A stretch of DNA of 64,000 nucleotides from a virus. This document shows, in pieces, positions 37,923-46,279 of the stretch. Under the pieces are notes generated by a model that had not been told where the DNA came from, made no database searches, and worked only from the letters and a program-made list of their open reading frames with translations. Each line of letters opens with the position of its first letter. Positions within the stretch are counted from its first letter, which is position 1. The position numbers and the translations under genes are program-made. The stretch spans positions 1 to 64,000 of IMG/VR virus record IMGVR_UViG_3300025437_000010; one strand, 5' to 3'.

Positions 37923-37951
37923 TTGACACGTTTATTCTCCCATCTTATAAG
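37923..37951 (+). promoter_or_regulatory. sigma70-type early promoter
   Basis: TTGACA-N17-TATAAG. Confidence 0.7.
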
Positions 37952-37983
37952 TCATCCATCATAAACAAAGAGCGAGATGTAAC

Positions 37984-38334
37984 GTGACTTTCAAACTTAG
38001 TAATTCCGGTGTGGTTGCAGTTGTTACCATGGACCGTCTCGAATCTATTCGCGTGTCCAATATTATTCGTAGGGCAGGTATTCCGCGCGAAACTTATTTC
38101 ACTGGCAACATCAAAAAGCAGATGAAGAAGTCTTCTGATTTGGAAGCAGTGATCCTTGTTCAGGATGGTGCTATCTTCATTAAGGACATGCTTACTGGCA
38201 TTCAGCGTGAGGTCACCGGTGATCTCGTGAAATCTGTGGAATATGTTCTTTATTATGGCTATCATGAAGATGACGTTTGTGTCCGAGACAATGCTTACGA
38301 TTTTGGTGATTTTTCGTTGTATGGCATCGTTTAA
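37984..38334 (+). CDS. Hypothetical early protein
   Basis: GTG start downstream of the promoter. Confidence 0.55.
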   Translation: MTFKLSNSGVVAVVTMDRLESIRVSNIIRRAGIPRETYFTGNIKKQMKKSSDLEAVILVQDGAIFIKDMLTGIQREVTGDLVKSVEYVLYYGYHEDDVCVRDNAYDFGDFSLYGIV

Positions 38335-38370
38335 AATTAAACACTACATGAAACATGAGGAAATTCCATA

Positions 38371-38844
38371 ATGTCTAATAAACCCACTATGACCATTGAC
38401 CAAGATGGACATAAAGAATGGCGTCTGGATGGCAAACTCCATCGCGAAGATGGACCTGCTTTTGAATATGCAGATGGTACTAAGAAATGGTATCTGAATG
38501 GCAAACTCCATCGTGAAGATGGGCCTGCTGTTGAATATACAAATGGCGAGAAGCAATGGTATCTAAATGGAAAACTCCATCGCGAAAATGGACCCGCTAT
38601 TGAATATGCAAATGGCACCAAGATATGGTACCTGAATGGCAAACGCCATCGCGAAGATGGACCTGCTGTTGAATATGCAGATGGTTCCAAGCGTTGGTAT
38701 TTAAATGACAAACGCCATCGCGAAGATGGACCTGCTGTTGAATATGCAGATGGTTCCAAGTGGTGGTATCTAAATGGAGAAAAAATAGATCAATTGGTTT
38801 TCTGGGTTACCACTAAAGAGCGCGAGCAACAGAAAACTTCTTGA
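38371..38844 (+). CDS. HREDGPA-repeat protein (5 x 23 aa)
   Basis: 69-bp tandem repeats; C-terminal DQLVFWVTTKER is shared with 11356..11685. Confidence 0.8.
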   Translation: MSNKPTMTIDQDGHKEWRLDGKLHREDGPAFEYADGTKKWYLNGKLHREDGPAVEYTNGEKQWYLNGKLHRENGPAIEYANGTKIWYLNGKRHREDGPAVEYADGSKRWYLNDKRHREDGPAVEYADGSKWWYLNGEKIDQLVFWVTTKEREQQKTS

Positions 38845-38869
38845 CATACGATATCGCACGTATTATAAG
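38841..38869 (+). promoter_or_regulatory. sigma70-type early promoter
   Basis: TTGACA-N17-TATAAG. Confidence 0.7.
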
Positions 38870-38900
38870 CTTTTACACAATTACAAAAGGATATTTCAAA

Positions 38901-39203
38901 ATGGCCAAGACCCTCCAAGAAAACGATGTTGTCAATGATGCTGATAATGATCGCATTCCCGTTCTTCCGATGCAACTTCGCAAAAGCATTGATGTTGGTG
39001 GTAATCGCGAAATCATTTTCCAAGACGGTGACAGGGTAAAGATTCCCCTTCGCACCATTGACGCGTTTTTTGACATTTATAATCGTCTTAAGCCCATTGA
39101 TCGTGAAGCTATGCAAAATAAGGCGAGCAAGAGTGCGATGGACTTTGTTGATGCACTGATTGACTTTGCCCAAAAAGAGAAGATGCCGCGCAGTATCTAC
39201 TGA
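38901..39203 (+). CDS. Hypothetical early protein
   Basis: AAGGA RBS and ATG at 38901; MQLRKSID...I.F.DG motif. Confidence 0.6.
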   Translation: MAKTLQENDVVNDADNDRIPVLPMQLRKSIDVGGNREIIFQDGDRVKIPLRTIDAFFDIYNRLKPIDREAMQNKASKSAMDFVDALIDFAQKEKMPRSIY

Positions 39204-39211
39204 TATTAAAA

Positions 39212-39300
39212 ATTTCCCATAATAGCTAAATAATAGTGCCTTGGTGTAAGAAAAACTTACACTTGGGCATTGTTGTTTAAGGTGAGGATTTATGGGAGAT
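39212..39300 (+). promoter_or_regulatory. Long RNA hairpin occluding the first start codon of the curli/cyclase operon
   Basis: Inner stem 39227-50/39256-79 (23 of 24 positions paired, several G-U); outer stem 39212-22/39290-300 covers the AUG; CTAAATA at 39226-32. Confidence 0.65.
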
Positions 39301-39573
39301 ATCTTTAAAGTTATTGGTGACGTAGGATTTCCCATTGCCGCTGCATTTGGTGCCGGATATTTTGTATTCCTAACTCTCAAATTTATTCTTGCAGGAGTTA
39401 CCAGTAGCGTTAAGAACATGGCTGGTATTATTACTGCACTTGATAACCGCGTAAAAACTATGAATCATGATGTCATTCGTATTGACACGGTTGTTTCAAA
39501 CGCGCTTGGGCTAAGTCCTGACGTTGAGCGTATTGGTCGTTCTGACGGAAAAAATGATGCCAGGAGAGATTGA
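39292..39573 (+). CDS. Small membrane-anchored coiled-coil protein
   Basis: GFPIAAAFGAGYFV TM segment followed by a heptad region. Confidence 0.7.
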   Translation: MGDIFKVIGDVGFPIAAAFGAGYFVFLTLKFILAGVTSSVKNMAGIITALDNRVKTMNHDVIRIDTVVSNALGLSPDVERIGRSDGKNDARRD

Positions 39574-39660
39574 TAAAAATACACTTAGCAATTAAATAAC
39601 GATCCACTTTACAGTCCATACTCGCAATAAAAAAGATGTATTAAATAAGAAGAAAAATAA

Positions 39661-39999
39661 ATGAGCATAGAAATAGCAGAATTGGTCAACAAGTATGGGT
39701 TTCCTATCATTGCCGCTGGTGGAATGGGCTATTTTGTATTTCATGTATGGGAATGGGCAACTAAAGAAGTTAAACCAGTTCTCAGTGAGACAAATACTGT
39801 CCTGATTGCGTTAATTGATCGTATACGTATGTTGGATAACGATCTAATACGTCTCAATCAAAAAGTCAATACCGTATTGCATTTGCGCGGAAAAACGATT
39901 GAGCATGAACGTGTTGAGGCTGAAAAAATTATTAATCAGCCACGAGTTCGCCATAAAGACACGGAAGAATCTCAAGAAGCAGCATCAGGCAATAGTTAG
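39661..39999 (+). CDS. Small membrane-anchored coiled-coil protein (paralogue of 39292..39573)
   Basis: GFPIIAAGGMGYFV; ALIDRIRMLDNDLIRL aligns with ALDNRVKTMNHDVIRI. Confidence 0.7.
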   Translation: MSIEIAELVNKYGFPIIAAGGMGYFVFHVWEWATKEVKPVLSETNTVLIALIDRIRMLDNDLIRLNQKVNTVLHLRGKTIEHERVEAEKIINQPRVRHKDTEESQEAASGNS

Positions 40000-40007
40000 G
40001 TAAAATA

Positions 40008-40463
40008 ATGAAAACCATAACAACACTAATGCTTTTTGGTATGCTGTTTATGAGTGAAACTGCGCATGCTGATCAAATAGTTCAGCAATTCAAAGACCCA
40101 TCATTCAATGGTATTAACTGGTCTAACCATGTTTTATCAATTGAATCAATAGAGGCGTCCAATAAATCAGCAAATACGAATGCACTTGCATCTGCACAGG
40201 CGGCTGCGGCAAATGCGGCTGCTAACACACCTCTTGCAAAATTTGTGTCTCTATTTGAATCTCAGGTATATTCACAATTGGCAACGCAATTATCAAATAA
40301 TCTGTTTTCAACAAGTGGACCATCATCAAATGCTGGAACATTTAACTTGGCTGGAAATAGTATTAGTTACGTAAAAACAAACAATGATGTTACATTGACT
40401 GTAGTAGATACTTCCGGAAACAAAACTATAGTTACAGTTCCGATAGCAACATTTGCATTTTGA
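40008..40463 (+). CDS. csgF: Curli assembly protein CsgF-like
   Basis: Signal peptide ending AHA; mature N-terminus DQIVQQFKDPSFNG resembles CsgF; F...ESQVYSQL; C-terminal T.V.VP. Confidence 0.75.
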   Translation: MKTITTLMLFGMLFMSETAHADQIVQQFKDPSFNGINWSNHVLSIESIEASNKSANTNALASAQAAAANAAANTPLAKFVSLFESQVYSQLATQLSNNLFSTSGPSSNAGTFNLAGNSISYVKTNNDVTLTVVDTSGNKTIVTVPIATFAF

Positions 40464-40474
40464 AGGAATAGAGT

Positions 40475-41320
40475 GTGAATAAACAGATTGCTTTACCATT
40501 ATTAATTCTATCAGCTTTATCCCTTTCTGGATGTATTGGTGCTATTAGTCCACGACTAAACAAAGACGTTGAAATCATGCGTGAGAAGGCAAGAATAGAA
40601 GGTTTCGCAAATCCAAAAATATTTGTTAATTTACCTGAATTGGATGGTCCTGCTATTCCTATTGCAGTATATAGTTTTACAGATAAAACTGGCCAACGTA
40701 AAAATTCATCCAGTGTTAGTAGTTTTAGCACGGCAGTTACTCAAGGTGCAGATGCATACTTAGTAAAAACTCTCTCAGATGTAGGAAACGGAAAATGGTT
40801 TAAGCCTGTTGAGCGCGTGGGCATTGAAAGCCTTATAAAAGAGCGTCAGCTTATACGTCAAATGCGTGAATTGGAATTCGGTGATAAGGCACCTCCATTG
40901 CCACCTCTTATGGTGTCAGGTCTTATTATTGAAGGTGGAATTATTGATTATAATAGTGACACCAAAACTGGAGGGAACGGGGTTCGCTACCTTGGTATAG
41001 GTCCGAATACTCAATATAGCCAAGATATGGTTGTCATAAATATGCGTCTCGTGTCTACGCAAACTGGGGAAGTCTTAGATAGCGTAACCGTAACAAAAAC
41101 TATTATCTCAACATCAGAAGGTTTAACTGCATTTAAATTTTTTGATTTAGGAACGCATGCTTTTGAACTTGACGCTCAACAGACAGCGAATGAACCGGGA
41201 AGTTATGCTATTCGTTCAGCAATTGAAGTTGGTGTAGTAGAACTAATCAAACATGGTGAAAAGAAAAAATTATGGCACTATAAAACTAATACGTTACCAA
41301 CCAATAAGGAATTAAAATAA
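40475..41320 (+). CDS. csgG: Curli secretion channel CsgG-like lipoprotein
   Basis: Lipobox LSGC; IAVYSFTDKTGQRK, STAVTQGA, WF..VER....L.KERQLIR, EGGIIDY and TQTGEVL. Confidence 0.9.
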   Translation: MNKQIALPLLILSALSLSGCIGAISPRLNKDVEIMREKARIEGFANPKIFVNLPELDGPAIPIAVYSFTDKTGQRKNSSSVSSFSTAVTQGADAYLVKTLSDVGNGKWFKPVERVGIESLIKERQLIRQMRELEFGDKAPPLPPLMVSGLIIEGGIIDYNSDTKTGGNGVRYLGIGPNTQYSQDMVVINMRLVSTQTGEVLDSVTVTKTIISTSEGLTAFKFFDLGTHAFELDAQQTANEPGSYAIRSAIEVGVVELIKHGEKKKLWHYKTNTLPTNKELK

Positions 41321-42141
41321 TGAAAGCAATAAAAATAATAAAATACGCATTAATTCTTAGTTCGCTATTTGTATCCGATGCTACATTTGCTCAGTCACTT
41401 ACGGCGGAATCTAATCCAACAAGTGTCCCATCTGCCGTTTTACCAACTCTACCAAATCCTCCTGCAATTATCGCCTCATCTCCTAATGAGCAGGCAGCAT
41501 CTACGTTGGACACAACTAACCAAGTATATATCAACCAGTCAGGATTTAATGTCAATGTTAATATCCAACAAACTGGTGTATCAGACTTGATTGGAAGCCT
41601 ATCATATCCAACTTTTCTACGTGGAGACAATCAAGTATTAACCGTGATTCAGACTGGAAACACAAACAATCTACAGTTAGGAATTATTGGTAACATTGGC
41701 GCAGGTGCCGGAACTACAGCAACTATTCAACAACTCGGCAATGGCAACTATGCTAATATTCAATGCGGAACTGGCAAAAACGATCCAAATTGTAATGGAT
41801 TAAATTTGAATGATAAATTTAATGGTAATTTCAATACTCTTAACTTTCATGGATCAGCCGCAAATATCACTCAAACAGTTGATATTGAAGGTAACAACAA
41901 CTACACTAATATCTTTTCCAACTCTCCAAATTCTTCACAGACATTATTGTTCAATGGTGAAAACAACACAATTAACGTAAATCAGACTGATGCAGGTGGA
42001 AACTATGGTCACAGTTTATTTGCAAATGTCATCGGAAGCAATAATACGCTTACTGTTCAACAATATGGTGCTTCAGAAACCGTAATCAATATTCAAAGCA
42101 CTGGCTCAAATGGCATCTTTAATATTAAAACCGGTCATTAA
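41320..42141 (+). CDS. Secreted curlin-like beta-solenoid protein
   Basis: Signal peptide; repeated (I/V).Q.G..N units; Asn/Gln/Gly-rich; directly after csgG. Confidence 0.7.
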   Translation: MKAIKIIKYALILSSLFVSDATFAQSLTAESNPTSVPSAVLPTLPNPPAIIASSPNEQAASTLDTTNQVYINQSGFNVNVNIQQTGVSDLIGSLSYPTFLRGDNQVLTVIQTGNTNNLQLGIIGNIGAGAGTTATIQQLGNGNYANIQCGTGKNDPNCNGLNLNDKFNGNFNTLNFHGSAANITQTVDIEGNNNYTNIFSNSPNSSQTLLFNGENNTINVNQTDAGGNYGHSLFANVIGSNNTLTVQQYGASETVINIQSTGSNGIFNIKTGH

Positions 42142-43279
42142 TTTAATTGGATTACTATGCTTGCTAATTGCCACCCCGGCGTTAGCAAGCATAGGGTCTA
42201 TTACCAATTTCAAAGGTGCTGGACAAATTAAACGTGGTTCCGCATCCATTCCTGCTAATCAAAATTCTGGCATTGAGAAAATGGACATTGTATCTACTAA
42301 CTCGCAAGGTAAGATAAAAATAACATTCATTGATGCAACTACTGTCAACATTACTGAAAACAGTAGACTCGTGATTGATGATTTTGTGTTTGATAGTAAA
42401 AATTCATCAAAGGGTAAATTGGGTCTTAAAGTGGCGTTAGGAACTATAAGATATACATCCGGCGCGCTGGCTCATGGAAATCCATCAGGCATTAACATAC
42501 GCACTCCTACGGCAACTATAGCGGTTCGTGGAACAGATTTTGTGATGTCCGTTGACGAAACTGGAGAATCTACGGTTATTCTTGTTCCAAATTGCTACGA
42601 TGATAAAGACATAACAAAAACTGAGTTTGATTGCTCATCCGGTGTTATTGAAGTCATAACTGCGGCTGGAATAGTAACTTTGAACAAGCCATTTCAGGCT
42701 ACTGTAGTCCAGAATTCATTTATACCACCATCACCTCCTATAAAAATTACTACTGCACTAAAAGTAATGAATAATAATATACAGATTTCTCCGCTTGCAA
42801 CTGATGATGGAAAAAGTTTAATTAAATTTGCAAAGAATGCAGCCACAAAATATGCCAACCCATCTAAGGCAATAGCAGATTCAAATAAAGACCCCACAAC
42901 AAATTCAAATGATAGCGCCGAAGAAGCAGAACTCGCCGTGCAACAAAAATCTTCAAGTCAAATCAATGATCAAAAAGATACACTTATACCCAAAATTACT
43001 GTTTCTGGTAGAGTGATATATACGAATGTATCACCTACCTATGTCAAACAGGTTCAGGAGGGGTGGGCATATGCGCGTATGTCAAGTGATAAAAATCAAG
43101 TCGTTGCAATATGGGTTGATCTTAAAACCGATACACAAATTATTTCGTCACAAGAAGGATTAATTGACTTCTACGATTTTGTGAATGCTAAGTATCCAAC
43201 TTCGGGATCAGGTAAAGCAACTGGTAACATAAATATAATACAAAATGGAGCAGTTCCACCAACTAATAGCGGAAAATAA
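42110..43279 (+). CDS. Periplasmic FecR-domain protein
   Basis: Signal peptide ending ALA; ITFID.T.V.ITENSRLVID and IRTPTATIAVRGTDF. Confidence 0.85.
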   Translation: MASLILKPVINLIGLLCLLIATPALASIGSITNFKGAGQIKRGSASIPANQNSGIEKMDIVSTNSQGKIKITFIDATTVNITENSRLVIDDFVFDSKNSSKGKLGLKVALGTIRYTSGALAHGNPSGINIRTPTATIAVRGTDFVMSVDETGESTVILVPNCYDDKDITKTEFDCSSGVIEVITAAGIVTLNKPFQATVVQNSFIPPSPPIKITTALKVMNNNIQISPLATDDGKSLIKFAKNAATKYANPSKAIADSNKDPTTNSNDSAEEAELAVQQKSSSQINDQKDTLIPKITVSGRVIYTNVSPTYVKQVQEGWAYARMSSDKNQVVAIWVDLKTDTQIISSQEGLIDFYDFVNAKYPTSGSGKATGNINIIQNGAVPPTNSGK

Positions 43280-43293
43280 TAAAGGATAGAGTC

Positions 43294-45351
43294 ATGAAAA
43301 AATTAAAAAAAATACTAATAAATCCGTGGTTGGCTCTCCTGACATTTGCAATATTGCTTATAGTTAAACTATCAAATCCATATTTAATAGATGCAATGAA
43401 ACTTAAATTTTATGACTATCTAATGTTAAGTAAACCAATTCACAGTGATCAGATTGTAATTGCAAATATTGGTGAAAGGGCATTAGAGAAATACGGACAA
43501 TATCCATTTCCCAGAGATACATATGCAAAAATCGTCAACAATCTATATGATAATCATCATGCTGGTTTAGTTGGCAGCACCATAATGTTTCCAGAAAAGG
43601 ATAGGTTTGGCGGAGATGATGTGTTTGCTAAGTCGCTTACAGAGCATCCAGTGGTTCTAAGTCAAACTGTTTCTGCCGATTGCACACGCAACAATAGTTC
43701 AACCCGTAAAACTGGCGTTGCAATAGTAGGTGATGGCAAGCCAACAGAATTTTTACCAAATTATCCATGTGTTCTTGATAATATTTCAGTGTTGCAAGAG
43801 TCTGCTGTAGGTGTTGGTATAACATCAACGCTTCCTGAAACCGATGGTGTTGTTCGTCGCGTTCCTATGCTGGCAACATCAAAAGGAGATTATTATCCTT
43901 CGTTTGCATTAGAAATGCTACGTGCTGCTACAGGTGATCCAAGTTATCAGGCAAAAATAAATGAGACCGGCATTGAGGCAGTTCGTATTCCACAGTTTGG
44001 TAAAATTTCCACTGACGAATATGGTCGCGTGTTTGTTAATCCGAATTATGTATTCTCATCGTTTGAAGTAGGCGGGAATATTCCGCATCTCGGTGGTAAG
44101 ATCGTTCTACTCGGTGTGACTGCGAACGGTGTTGCAAACCCTGTAGCAACGCCGTCTGGTGCCCGAATGCCCCATCAGGTTCAGGCCAGCATTCTTCAGA
44201 CTCTGATAAATCAGGATTCTGTATCAATTCCGAATTGGGTTGAATTGGTTGATCTTCTGGCATTTTTTATTCTTTCAGTTGCTGTTATTGGAATGTCAAA
44301 CTTACGTTATTCTATTATATGGATCGCAATATTATTAACTGGATATATTTATGCTCCCTTCTATATGTATATACATAATAAAATATTATTTGATGTGTCA
44401 TTCAATGTACTGGCAGTTCTGATCATTTATATACATGTTTATTCAGTAAAGTTCATCAGTGAATTTCTACAGAAACAACAAATCAAGAAACAGTTCGGCA
44501 CATATCTAAGTCCTGATCTGGTTGCCCAATTGCAACGTCAGCCTGAATTGCTGCAATTGGGTGGCACTGAACAAGAACTTTCAATCATGTTTACGGATGT
44601 TCGTGGATTCACGACGATTTCAGAACATTATGGTAAGAACGTGCAGGGCTTGACAAAAATTATGAATCGGTATATGACTGCTATGACCAAAGCAATTTTA
44701 GAAAATAAAGGCACTTTGGACAAATACATCGGAGACGCTCAGATGGCGTTTTGGAATGCGCCGGTCAGCAATGAACAACATGCTCTGGATGCCGTGCGTA
44801 CTGCCTTTCAGATGTTAAAATCTCTTGAGGAATTTAATTATGAAGTCACCAAAGAAGGAGTCCCTGCTTTTGGAATGGGTCTGGGAATCAATACTGATAC
44901 CGTTGTTGTTGGTAATATGGGAAGTGATCAGCGTTTTGACTATACTTGCTTGGGAGACGGTGTTAATCTTGCGTCACGGTTGGAAGGGCAGTCAAAGCCT
45001 TATGGAGTCAGAATCATCATTGGTCCAAAGACCGCACAATATGTCAAAGACCGATACCAAATCGTAGAACTTGATCTTATTGCCGTTAAAGGTAAAACTG
45101 AGCCAGTAAGAATATATACGGTTTTGGAACAATTTAAAAAGATTGATGAAAATGCACATAATATGATTTTAAGTGCTTATAGGCTCGGTGCATGGAAAAG
45201 AGCACTGGTCATGATACAAACGCGTGGAAACATGTGGAATGGGCAACTGGATAATTATTACAAGATGCTTGAAGAGCGGATTTTAGAAATTCAAAAAAAT
45301 CCGCCCGCTCCCAAAGATTGGGACGGGGTATATCGCGCTACATCAAAATAA
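43294..45351 (+). CDS. CHASE2-domain class III adenylate/guanylate cyclase
   Basis: N-terminal TM; CHASE2 (GQYPFPR, DGVVRRVP, TPSG.MPH); three TMs; FTDVRGFT, DKYIGDA and DYTCLGDGVNLASRLEG. Confidence 0.92.
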   Translation: MKKLKKILINPWLALLTFAILLIVKLSNPYLIDAMKLKFYDYLMLSKPIHSDQIVIANIGERALEKYGQYPFPRDTYAKIVNNLYDNHHAGLVGSTIMFPEKDRFGGDDVFAKSLTEHPVVLSQTVSADCTRNNSSTRKTGVAIVGDGKPTEFLPNYPCVLDNISVLQESAVGVGITSTLPETDGVVRRVPMLATSKGDYYPSFALEMLRAATGDPSYQAKINETGIEAVRIPQFGKISTDEYGRVFVNPNYVFSSFEVGGNIPHLGGKIVLLGVTANGVANPVATPSGARMPHQVQASILQTLINQDSVSIPNWVELVDLLAFFILSVAVIGMSNLRYSIIWIAILLTGYIYAPFYMYIHNKILFDVSFNVLAVLIIYIHVYSVKFISEFLQKQQIKKQFGTYLSPDLVAQLQRQPELLQLGGTEQELSIMFTDVRGFTTISEHYGKNVQGLTKIMNRYMTAMTKAILENKGTLDKYIGDAQMAFWNAPVSNEQHALDAVRTAFQMLKSLEEFNYEVTKEGVPAFGMGLGINTDTVVVGNMGSDQRFDYTCLGDGVNLASRLEGQSKPYGVRIIIGPKTAQYVKDRYQIVELDLIAVKGKTEPVRIYTVLEQFKKIDENAHNMILSAYRLGAWKRALVMIQTRGNMWNGQLDNYYKMLEERILEIQKNPPAPKDWDGVYRATSK

Positions 45352-45365
45352 AGATAAATATATTC

Positions 45366-45953
45366 ATGATAACAACCGAAATCATCCATGAATCTGCCGC
45401 TGATGTGCTGGCGAAGAAATTGCCTTCATTTGAAAAGCATGACTATGATACTATTGACAAATTAGTTCGTAATGTTGCTGATAAACATAGCATTACCAGT
45501 GATGCATTGCATGATATATTTGTCAAAAAATATCATAAAACTCCCAAGGCTTGGATTGAAGACCTCAAAGATTTGGATGAAACCAGCGGTAATCCTTCTG
45601 ATGATATTGGTGAAGAGGTAAAGAAATTTGCTGAATGGACCGGTCGCCGCCTCAACCTCAACCATCTTCCCAAAATTGAACTTAGTCATGACAGCGATGA
45701 TGCACAAAATAACCATCATACTGGTGGACACATGCCCGGTTCAGGATCGGTATGGGTTTATGCAAAAAATAGAAATCTTGTAGACATACTGAGAACCGTA
45801 GCACACGAACTTACCCATGTACGACAAGAAGAACTCGGAATGATCAAACCAGGATCAAGCTATCCCGGAAGTCCAATAGAATTACTAGCCGATATGGTAG
45901 CTGGAAAACTGATTAAGATTTATGGCGAAAAGAATCATCACATCTTTCAATAA
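45366..45953 (+). CDS. HExxH zincin-like protein with leader MITTEIIHE
   Basis: DILRTVAHELTH...E; late promoter ATAAATA at 45354-60. Confidence 0.7.
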   Translation: MITTEIIHESAADVLAKKLPSFEKHDYDTIDKLVRNVADKHSITSDALHDIFVKKYHKTPKAWIEDLKDLDETSGNPSDDIGEEVKKFAEWTGRRLNLNHLPKIELSHDSDDAQNNHHTGGHMPGSGSVWVYAKNRNLVDILRTVAHELTHVRQEELGMIKPGSSYPGSPIELLADMVAGKLIKIYGEKNHHIFQ

Positions 45954-45967
45954 ATTGGACAAAAACA

Positions 45968-45995
45968 TTGACTTATCTGCGTAGTGTGTTATAAT
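45968..45995 (+). promoter_or_regulatory. sigma70-type promoter of the replication operon
   Basis: TTGACT-N16-TATAAT with an extended -10 TG. Confidence 0.65.
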
Positions 45996-46018
45996 AACTA
46001 GACTAATAAGGAGATAAT

Positions 46019-46279
46019 ATGTCTAACAGAACTTTTAACGCAGAAGCCACTCTTAAATTGAAGCAGTTGATCAACGAAGGACTAAATGTCCTACAGGAAG
46101 TTGAAACTCTCAACGAAGGTCTAAATGACACCGTTAAGTCTATTGCTGAGGAATTGGAAATCAAATCGTCAATTCTCAAGAAGGCGATCAAAGTTGCCCA
46201 CAAGCAGCGCCTTGAACAAACTAATGAAGAAAATGAAGCACTCAACCATATTCTACAGGTAGTCGGGAAAGCCAACTAA
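46019..46279 (+). CDS. Small helical DNA-binding protein (T4 DsbA/GapR-like)
   Basis: AAGGAG RBS; LKQLINEG...IAEELEIK..ILKKAIK.AHK pattern. Confidence 0.55.
   Translation: MSNRTFNAEATLKLKQLINEGLNVLQEVETLNEGLNDTVKSIAEELEIKSSILKKAIKVAHKQRLEQTNEENEALNHILQVVGKAN

Noticed and set aside
38420-38780. CRISPR array or DGR template/variable repeat suggested by regular DNA repeats (also 11395-11625)
   Set aside because: These are in-frame 69-bp coding repeats with no unique spacers or adenine-specific variation, and no cas or reverse transcriptase gene is present in the window.
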